DNA from: Octopus sinensis
Taxonomy: Eukaryota
Assembly: GCF_006345805.1 (NCBI RefSeq)
Contig: NC_043003.1
Coordinates: forward strand, 45,942,001 to 46,006,000
Direction of reading: 5' to 3'
Length of the DNA: 64,000 nt
This document shows positions 54,177-64,000 of this stretch, one piece after another. Within the stretch, counting starts at the first letter, position 1. Each line of letters begins with the position of its first letter. Made by a program: the position numbers and the translations under genes. The notes beneath the pieces are model-generated. The model had not been told where the DNA came from. It searched no databases and worked only from the letters and a program-made list of their open reading frames with translations.

Positions 54177-54214
54177 CTGTCTGATGAACGGCAACGAGAA
54201 ACTCAGAGTAACAG
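54177..54214 (+). ncRNA. Type I hammerhead (family 2), plus arm
   Basis: CUGU-CUGAUGA-A-CG-GCAA-CG-A-GAAA-CUCAGAG-UA|ACAG; stem I CUGU/ACAG, GNRA-capped stem II, near-palindromic stem III, GUA triplet. Confidence 0.8.
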
Positions 54215-54246
54215 ATTTTGTTGAATTTACTGCTGCTTTAAATAAA

Positions 54247-54289
<43 letters not shown>

Positions 54290-54751
54290 TGTATATATAT
54301 GTGCGTCTGTATTTGTTACACCACCATCGCTTGACAACCGATGTTGCTGTGTTTACATCCCCGTAACTTAGCGTTTCGGCAAACGGTAACCGATAGGATA
54401 AGTACTAGGCTTACAAAGAATAAGTCCTGGGGTCGATTTATTCGACTAAAGGCTGTGCTCCAGCATGGAAGCAGTCAAATGACTGAAAAAAATAGAAGAA
54501 TATATACACATATATGCACACACACACGCACACACACATACGCACGCACACGAAGACACACACACACACTCAGATACACACAAGGGCACGGATACACAAA
54601 CAGGTACACTCACATATTTGTATGAATATACTTGTGTATGTGTGTGTATACATGGTGTTGTATGTACACGCATGTATGTTTATACATGCATAAATAGATA
54701 CATGCATATATGCAAACATGCAAATATGCATTTATAAATATAAATATAATT

Positions 54752-54806
<55 letters not shown>

Positions 54807-54827
54807 ATATATACATATATATATACA

Positions 54828-55034
54828 GGCGCAGGAGTGGCTGTATGGTAAGTAGTTATAGGCGCAGAAGTGGCTATGTGGTAAGTAGCTTGCTTACTAG
54901 CTACATGCTTCCGGGTTCAGTCCCACTGCGTGGCAACTTGCATAAGTGTCTTCTACTATAGCCGAAGACTTGTGAGTGGATTGACTCACGGAAACTGAAC
55001 TGAAATACGCTCGTCGTATATATATATATATATT

Positions 55035-55069
<35 letters not shown>

Positions 55070-55286
55070 CTGTATGTATGTGTGTGTGTGTCTGTGTGTC
55101 TGTGCTTGTCCCCTCCCCTCCACCATCGCTTGACAACCGATATTGCTGTGCTTATGTAACTGGTAGTTAGCGGTTCGTCAAAATAGACCAATAGAACAGA
55201 TACTAGGCTTACAAATAATAAGTCCTGGGGTCGATTTGTTCGACTAAAGGTGGTGCTACAACATGGCCGCAGTCAAATGACTGAAG
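54828..55286 (+). mobile_element. SINE family B with duplicated 5' head (a further 3' half lies at 54300-54500)
   Basis: ggcgcaggagtggctgtatggtaagtag occurs twice, then consensus body. Confidence 0.85.
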
Positions 55287-55575
55287 CAATAGATTAGATA
55301 GATAGATACATACATACATACATAGACAGATAGATAGATAGATATTGTTAATCAAAAAATAGAGAAAAAAGACAAGAAAAAATAACGTGAGGATGTGGTA
55401 CTGTCCAGTGTGTGTATGAATGGAGGATGTATATACGCTTGTGTATTTATACATGCATACATACATACATACATACATACATACATTCATACATACATAC
55501 ATACATTCATACATACATACATACATACATACATACATACATACATACATACATACATACATACATACATACATT

Positions 55576-56160
55576 ATGGCTGCCCCCTCGTTATCGAGTA
55601 TGGCCATTGCACGAAGCTTAACAGTTACTGGTGCTGTGATCAAATGTGACTTTTTAGCCCAGCTAAAGATCTACAATGTCTTGTACAGAATTGGCAACTA
55701 AAACCTTTACTAGTAATAGCCGGCTCTAGTTGTAACTGGGCTTCATGTACCTTTGCATGTCGCTTAAGTCCTCCTGCCGAATTACACTCTCTTCCACATG
55801 CCCGACAGATATGATTAGTATGGTGTGTTACACCACCACCAGTGGCCAGGTTGTCACTCATTTGTCTCGCTTTATGATTGCGAAGATGACTCTTGAGTCC
55901 AGCTTTACTGAGGCAGGGTCTTGCATAGACATTGCATGTCAGCATCAAAGGAAGACCCTTCCCTTCTGGAAGCGTAACAGCGATGCCCTTCCTGACATCC
56001 CTCCTTACTTTCTCATGTGCAACTCGAGATTTCTCAAAAGTGGCTGTCCCCTCATGCACAATCCTTTTCCACCTGCTACAATCAATAGCTATGCCTTCCC
56101 ACGTATCAGGAGAGATGCAAGCATCTCTTAAGGAAACCTTCAGCAAGTCCTTATACCTCT
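55576..56160 (-). mobile_element. RTE-clade LINE 3' end with three C2H2-type zinc fingers, flanked by (TACA)n
   Basis: KRYKDLLKVSL…WEGIAIDCSRWKRIVHEG (RTE C-terminus), then CNVYARPCLSKAGLKSHLRNH, CRACGRECNSAGGLKRHAKVH, CQFCTRHCRSLAGLKSHI*SQH. Confidence 0.85.
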
Positions 56161-56199
56161 TATACATACATACATACATACATACATTGATAGATAGAT

Positions 56200-56415
56200 A
56201 AATTGTGATCACATGTGGACTGTTGGCGACTTTCTTCCTCCGTCTTCCTTTTCTCTTGATTTTCCGTTTTCTGTTTCTGAAGAGTGCTTTGCTCGAAAAT
56301 GAAAACACCCTTTTTCTTTCTCTGAGCGCCTTATTAATACTTTGCATGTACCACGTCGTCGCATTGTTGCTCTTTTGTTGCTTTTTTTACTTCGTTTTTT
56401 TTTCTTCTATTAAGT
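56200..56415 (+). mobile_element. Family 3 Penelope-type terminal fragment with decayed hammerhead (56273-56306)
   Basis: gtttctgaagagtgctttgctcgaaaatgaaaac; flanks homologous to the 6.1 and 45.5 kb copies. Confidence 0.6.
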
Positions 56416-56909
56416 GAGGTAGTCAGAATTTTGAATAATTCTTTATTAGCACTTACGTTTTTCGAAATTGTCAAGACAAAATCAAAATCAAAATGGTGAA
56501 AAACAGAACATTTCATTGTTCATTTATATGAATCTGTTGCTTTTTTGCTTTGTTTAGAAGAGGAGAATATTGTTTTGTTTGGTATTTTGCTTTTGTTTTT
56601 CTTTATAGAGAGAAGGGAGGAAAGAGAGAGAAAGAAAAACAAAGAGAGAGGAAAGAGAGAGAGAGAGAGAGTTTTCAGCACAATTAAAACAGAGGATGAA
56701 AATAATAATAAAAGATTATTTTGATTTTGTCTTGACGAGTTCGAAAAAAACGAACGAAAGTGCTATTAAAAAAAAATTATCTATAATTCTGACTGCCTCC
56801 TTTTTCTCAATATACAATATCTGTGCACCACTTCAAATACCCCATACATATGCGCGCGCGAGCGTGTGTGAATATACACATACATATACATAATATGTAT
56901 ATACCTACA

Positions 56910-56952
<43 letters not shown>

Positions 56953-56964
56953 TATATATATAAT

Positions 56965-57345
56965 ATATATATATATAAACGGCAGTTTGTCTGTGTGTGT
57001 TTCTGTGTGTCTGTTTGCTTGTACCCTCACCCTGACCACGGCTTTCAACCGATTCTGATGAAACTTGACACACATAGCCCAATGTCATAATTCAAAACTA
57101 AAGCAGCGAAAATTTTGAAAAGTTCCCCCAGTTCTGAAAAAAATCGATAAATTCGACATGGGGTCGAGAATCAGGAACACAAACCACAAACTTTGTAGGT
57201 GACGCAACTCCACCTTTTTTAACTATCAAAAAAAAATTTACCATGATTTTTTCCTTTTTTTTGCTATTTTTTGGCTATAACTCTCTAAAAATGCTTTATA
57301 GTTATTTCCCTTACAAACCTGAGCAACGCCGGGCGATACTGTTAG
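56965..57345 (+). mobile_element. Non-autonomous Helitron
   Basis: 5' tatataaa…(ctgt/gt)n…accgattctgatgaaacttg; 3' hairpin cctgagcaacgccggg then ~10 nt to ttag|t (CTAG variant). Confidence 0.7.
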
Positions 57346-57899
57346 TATATATATATATATATATATAAGATAGCCGGTAATACAATCGGCTGTGTGGAGG
57401 GGAGGAATGGTGCTGTGAGACTACCACAGAAAGAACGAATGATAATATCACAATGTGCATATATGAATGAATTGACAGTTTTAAAATGTTGATATTGAAG
57501 CACACAAAGCCGGAAGTTACGAAGAGATAAGAAGGAAAACTTAATTTACCAGTGGGAGAACAATGGTTACCTTGATACACACACACTCACACATACACAC
57601 GCACGTACACACACACACATACACACGCACGTACACACACACACATACAAGAAACAATCATGCATATATATACTTACATATATACATGAATACGTACTCA
57701 CATAAACACATATCTCGCATTTTATTTAATAGCGAAAGTAAATAACCTCCCTCGGTTTCTCGAAGAATTCCTGAAAGCATACTCCAAATCTGAGGCTAAT
57801 CCTTGTGAACTAATTATCGCAGGAGTGATTTACGTACACAGATTTAGAAGGAAGTGCTAAATATTAACAGCAGAAATTATACGTGGGTATATATTGTGG

Positions 57900-58920
57900 G
57901 TATATTAGAAATGACAGTAACTTTGACAAGAAGAGTAGTTATTTCTGGGCCTGTGATGAGTACATCGCATTTCGCTTAGAAGGCTACGCCCTAACGATCC
58001 AAGTCAGATGATAGCTACTAAACAGCTGGACATCAAAAGAGATAAAGTTGCCAGTAAACATCAACATTGTGATTGAAAATGTCAGCTGTGTCATATATTG
58101 CCCATAAGGTGTCATTCATATCATCAGTAGGTTCTTGAGACATGATAGTGTTGCTTAGCCGGTCTACAATGCTATACGTAGAAAAGATCGTCCTCGCCGC
58201 CATGCCGGAATGTATTCACATCGTTAAAGAATATTAGTAGAGCATTCCAATAAAAAAAGAGCGTAAAGTTTAGCTATAGTTTTATTGAACAGGAATCAGA
58301 GAAAGCTGCGCAACGATGTGAACGTCTCTTTAAAATTTGGAGTGAAATGAACATATACGGGGTACTGATGGGAAGCCTACAGCTTATATATTCAGCCTAA
58401 AGGTTTTAGTTCCTTCTTATTCTCATAGGTATAGTGGAATACTTATAAACAAACCTGTGTAAGAATCTACAAATTCTTTCAAATTCTATGAGCAAATTCC
58501 TTTTTCAGTACAACTGGTTGGAAAGGGTACCTGTGTCAAGGACATTATGACAGAAATGTCATTTGATATAGTGTAAGTCACTTGGTGCCAATAGGTTGAT
58601 CTAATCGGTAGATAGACGGTCAAAATGTTTTCCGGATTTAGGTTTATATATTTTTACGCTCTGACACTAAATCTACCCAAAATCAACTTTACATCTTTAC
58701 AATTTGTGGTTGTAGCAGAGATTCGAAACAGAATCCTTGGACACGCAGTGAGGTATGACGAGCAAACCATCATACTTTCACATGGTCGGTCTTTTAACGG
58801 ACCAATCAGCATGATGCTATGGTTTAGGGAAGTTTTCCGGAACATGCTAGAATTTGACTTCTGGTCACCTATAAAAGCCGAAAGTTGCCTTGAGAATTGC
58901 TTGCCGTAAACTCCAAACAG
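57900..58920 (-). pseudogene. Possible very old LINE ORF2 endonuclease region
   Basis: Broken minus-strand traces in expected order: GFYR*P, HHADW, NIL(D), PIGT-SD; very degenerate. Confidence 0.3.
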
Positions 58921-58950
58921 TGTCTCTCTTCAAGTACGTATTCATTGCTG

Positions 58951-59364
58951 TTTCTTTACTGCCCACAAGGGTCTACACACAGAGGGGACGAACAAGGACA
59001 GACAAACAGATTAATTCGATTACATCGACCCCAGTGCGTAACTGGTACTTAATTTATTGACCCCAAAAGGATGAAAGGCAAAGTTGACCTCGGCGGAATT
59101 TCAACTAAGAACGTAGCGGCAGACTAAATACCAATTTCTTTACTACCCACAAGGGGCTAAACACAGAGAGATCAAACAAGGACAGACAAACGGATTAAGT
59201 CAATTATATCGATCCCGAGTTCGTAACTGGTACTTATTTAATCGACCCCGAAAGGATGAAAGGCAAAATCGACCTCGGCGGAATTTGAACTCACAACGTA
59301 ACGGCAGACGAAATACAGCTAAGCATTTCGCCCGACGTGCTAACGTTTCTGCCAGCTCGGCGCC
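58951..59364 (-). mobile_element. SINE family A dimer
   Basis: Head at 59364; two bodies, each with the alternative tail. Confidence 0.9.
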
Positions 59365-59986
59365 TTGAAAATATACCATATACTGTATAGTGTAGGCGTT
59401 GATGTTCACGGAGATGATATTCCCACTACTGGAACGAATGAAATCGTGAGTCTACTCGTTGAGAGTAGGAATTGGTGCTAAGCAGCAACAGTAAAAATGA
59501 CAGAAACATCAGTCTTTGCTGTGAATCATATAAACTGTTACAAAATCTTAAACTTTAGAAGTGAATATGGGAATTGTATTATATTGGAAACCTGTTGTTT
59601 CGATGATAAGAATAAGTATATGATCTGTTAGTTTAGCAATTTCAGTGAGAAATTATGAGAGTGAAACAGCGTGTCTATGTGTATGTGCGGGAGCGTTTGT
59701 ATATGTGTGTGTGTGAGTGGGTGGGTGTGTGACAAAGTGTGAGTACGCACGCGCGTGCGAATTATAAGTACTGAGTCTCTTAGTTGGTGATCTTTGATTT
59801 CTTACGTATGAACACACACAAGGACACACATACGCATACACAGGAATGCTTGCTTATAAGCATACATACAAGTGCAAATATGTATGTGTATATATATACA
59901 TATATACGTATGTACTTATACATGTTTATGTCGGTATGCTTGTATATGCATGCATACATATGCATATATCCTTGTATATAAATAAG

Positions 59987-60023
<37 letters not shown>

Positions 60024-60084
60024 TCCACACACACATAAGAACTTATTAGCAAACACAGAACATAGCTTGATAGATAGATAGCTT

Positions 60085-60126
<42 letters not shown>

Positions 60127-60161
60127 CAGATAGATAGATAGACAGATAGATAGATAGATAG

Positions 60162-60240
<79 letters not shown>

Positions 60241-60557
60241 CCTGACCCCATGAGATCACCCAGCAAATTTAAAGGAATAATTAGTACATGTTTCTCGACT
60301 CATTTCAGCAATATTTGTAAAGTGGCCACTTTTATTGATAAGTTGAGACGTTTAGGAAACGTTACTTATAACAAGACATAAATGTTAAACTAGACCGAAA
60401 TATTTTTCCTTTGGTGACTGATTCAATTAAATACCAGCTGAGGCATTTTCTTCTTATATGCCTACTGGCTGGAAGGACACATTGAAAGATCATGGTTTAT
60501 AAGACGTTTACACACACTCGATTTTCTCATTGCGTGTGCCTGTGCTTGAGTTGGCTC

Positions 60558-60602
<45 letters not shown>

Positions 60603-61033
60603 GTGTGTGTGTGTGAGTGAGTTCAGTGCGTGTATGTATGCGTTCTATGTGACGTGTTTGTATTGAGTGTCCGCACATGTTTTGTAAGAGTCAATTTAGG
60701 ATCAAACTGTTTTTCTTAAGTTACCACCCATATATAGTATTTACTTACATATAAATGTATGAGTGTGTGTCTGTGTGTATATACATAATTATATATATAC
60801 ACGACTGTATACATATGCATATATATATGTATATCTCTCTCTATACACACACTCACACACACAACACACACACACACGTACATATATATATATATATATA
60901 TATATACATACATATAATTTATAAATATATGTATGTATCCATATATATATTTATAAGTTTCTGTATACATATAAATACGTATAATATAATGTATATATCC
61001 ATAATATATATTCATATATACATATGTATATCC

Positions 61034-61092
<59 letters not shown>

Positions 61093-61358
61093 TACACATA
61101 TCTATTTATGCAAATACATGCGCACATGTATATGCATATATATGTACACATAGGCACATACGATATAAATGTTTGTGGAACATATATATGTGTGTGGGAG
61201 TAAACCTTGGCAGTACATCCACCAGAGTGTTAATGGAACGTGCTGCTTTCAAAAGGGTACAAGGTAAAATTATATCACTTCAAAGAAATATTTAGCACAC
61301 TACTATACCTCTTTACACACATCGACATCCATCTATCGCTCTGTCTATCTGTCCATCC

Positions 61359-61390
<32 letters not shown>

Positions 61391-61402
61391 ATGTGTGTAT
61401 GT

Positions 61403-61453
<51 letters not shown>

Positions 61454-61496
61454 GCATATATATATATATATGTATATATATATGTATATATATATG

Positions 61497-61528
<32 letters not shown>

Positions 61529-61726
61529 ATATGTATATATATATATGTATATATATGTTATTTATATATATATGTATATATATATGTATATATATACATA
61601 TATGTATATAATATATATATGTATATATGTAATATATATATGTATATATATATATATGTATATATATATATAAGTATATATATATATATATATATAGTAT
61701 ATATATATAAGTATATATTATATATA

Positions 61727-61787
<61 letters not shown>

Positions 61788-62024
61788 CATACATACATAC
61801 ACACACATGTGTACATATATATAATATACTACACATAGATATATATACATACGGAAGAGTAAAGAATGAAAGAATTACTTTGTACGGAGGTATCTGGAGA
61901 AGAATGTATTTAATTATTGAAATTTTGGGCCTCTTGCTCTTTAACTACGCTGAGTTTCGTGTTTTGAATTCGCCGTCACAAGCGGGGCCACGGAAAACCC
62001 TAAACAGGAAAATAAATTGATATA

Positions 62025-62226
62025 TGAGGTGTGCTGAAAAGTTACTGGCTTTAAGGTTTTCGCGAAACTCTATAGGCCCAAACTTGAGAGTTATTTGACA
62101 GGGCTTAGAGAAACTGTATGACTGCTGCAATAAGTCTGAGAGGGAAATGTGTTGAATAAAGTCATAAATAAGTGATTCTCCTGTATTTTCTTTTGCCTAA
62201 AGCCAGGAACTTTTCAGCTTTCCTCG
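62025..62226. mobile_element. Mariner-type MITE
   Basis: TIRs gaggtgtgctgaaaagttactggcttt / aaagccaggaacttttcagctttcctcg; internal GKCVE* transposase end. Confidence 0.75.
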
Positions 62227-62725
62227 TGTATATCTTCGTGTATGTGTTTATGTGCGTGTTTGAGTGCGTGTAATTTTTTGTGTACATGTATGTATCACAT
62301 ATACATATACTATTAAATTGCTCGTTCATCAGCACTACATCCAACCCATCTAACCAACAATATATGTTGGGATATTATGAAATACGATGGGTTGATTGAG
62401 GTGCTGAAGAAACAGTAATAACCTTTGAAATATGCATATACACACATTGCATTTTATTTCTATTTTCGATCTCATTGTTTACATAGACGTATTCATTCAG
62501 GAAACGTCGTAACTCCTAGTGTTGGCTCTGAATTCCCAAGAAAATAAATAGATGGAGCGAAACAGAAATATACACATGCAATATATAAAAATCTATGTGA
62601 GTGTGTGTGCGCTTTTTCCTGCATGTATGTGTGAGTTTGCCTTTGTGTAAGTATATAACAAATAAAATGAGACAACAAAACCAAGGCTGAGAGGGATTTA
62701 TAGGACGTTTATAAACAGAAAAGTA

Positions 62726-62773
62726 GTCTTACAGCTGTTTCTGGGATATTAGGGATATCCCTTCATGAGAGAC
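62726..62773 (-). ncRNA. Hammerhead motif (family 4) with core substitution (CUCAUGA)
   Basis: Minus strand GUCU-CUCAUGA-A-GGGAUAU-CCCUA-AUAUCCC-A-GAAA-CAGCUG-UA|AGAC; all three stems perfect. Confidence 0.6.
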
Positions 62774-63090
62774 GATATGAGAGAGTTAGCTTGAGAGAAA
62801 TACTTGAGTTCAATATAAGGAGTGATTTTGTAAGTGCTACCGCCTCACCTGCCATTTTGGATCATCTGGATACCAATAACTCCCATATATATATATATAT
62901 ATATATCAAGGAGTTGCGTTAGAGAAACAGACAGCCAAGAAGTTGGTCATGATTTTGGGGGTTTTGTTTCTTTGGTTTTTCTCCTCGCAAATTTAAATTA
63001 TTATCAGGTGCTATTACAATCTACTACTCAATAAATACAGCTCCAACAAATTGAATGCTACTTCCGTTCGTTTATTCACTATCTGTTATG

Positions 63091-63121
<31 letters not shown>

Positions 63122-63132
63122 TTATATATATA

Positions 63133-63175
<43 letters not shown>

Positions 63176-63339
63176 TATATATGTCTGTATGTATATTTAT
63201 ATATGTATGTATATATATGTATGATGTATATATGTATGTATGTATGTATTTGTATGTATTTGTATGTATATATGTATGCATATATATGTATTATGTATAT
63301 GTATGTATGTATGTATGTATATATATATATGTATGTATG

Positions 63340-63393
<54 letters not shown>

Positions 63394-63466
63394 TATGTAT
63401 GTATGTATATATATGTATATATGAATATAGACAGACATACATATAGGTAGATAGATAGATAAATAA

Positions 63467-63544
<78 letters not shown>

Positions 63545-63841
63545 GTAGATAGATGTCCCTACACAGGGACAATCAGAGGGAGCAGTGTGTCAGTACATGC
63601 TACGCCTAAAAAGCACACACTTCTGACAATACGACTGTCGTTGTGACAATTTACTGAGGAAAGAGTCATACGTGATGCATGAGAATAGTGAAGACATTCT
63701 ACTGATTCTTGTCACATTACTGTTATGTTGCCACCTATATTGTGAACATCCAGTTCATATACTAACGAGCTACACAATCGCTAAAACTAGTCACATGCAA
63801 AAACACATACGTACATTAACATATACATATGTTTCCAAGCG

Positions 63842-63879
<38 letters not shown>

Positions 63880-64000
63880 ATTATATGTCTGTCTATCTGT
63901 CTAGCAAGCTATCTATCTTCGTATCTATCTATTTATTGATCTATCTATGTATGTAAATTTGTATGTATGTATGTATGTATTATGTATGCATGTATGTATA

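Larger units (their letters stand above)
54018..54247. mobile_element. Palindromic Penelope-type terminus (76-bp perfect arms, 5-nt loop) inserted in (TA)n
   Basis: 54091-54166 is the exact reverse complement of 54172-54247. Confidence 0.9.

Noticed and set aside
55640-56347. Host C2H2 zinc-finger gene
   Set aside because: Fingers follow an RTE ORF2 C-terminal motif, lack TGEKP linkers, and the ORF start runs through a microsatellite and another repeat

Overview
AT-rich eukaryotic genomic DNA with no recognisable host protein-coding gene. It is dense in (TA)n/(TG)n/(GATA)n/(TACA)n microsatellites and retroposon debris. The SINE types and microsatellite load look like a coleoid cephalopod (probably Octopus), which is an inference from pattern recognition only. 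Recognisable elements: a decayed Penelope-like RT, CR1-type LINEs (one with nearly complete EN+RT), an R4/Dong-clade LINE, an RTE 3' end with three C2H2 fingers, Tc1/mariner, pogo and hAT remnants, MITEs, Helitron-like elements and two abundant tRNA-derived SINE families. The most interesting signal is about a dozen type-I hammerhead-ribozyme (HHR) motifs from at least four families. These include a non-coding ~455-nt HHR-delimited tandem+inverted unit (retrozyme-like) and a perfect 76-bp-arm palindrome carrying an intact HHR on each strand. A SINE also appears to insert repeatedly at one fixed site inside its own tRNA-derived head. All folds and alignments were done by eye; element boundaries are approximate.
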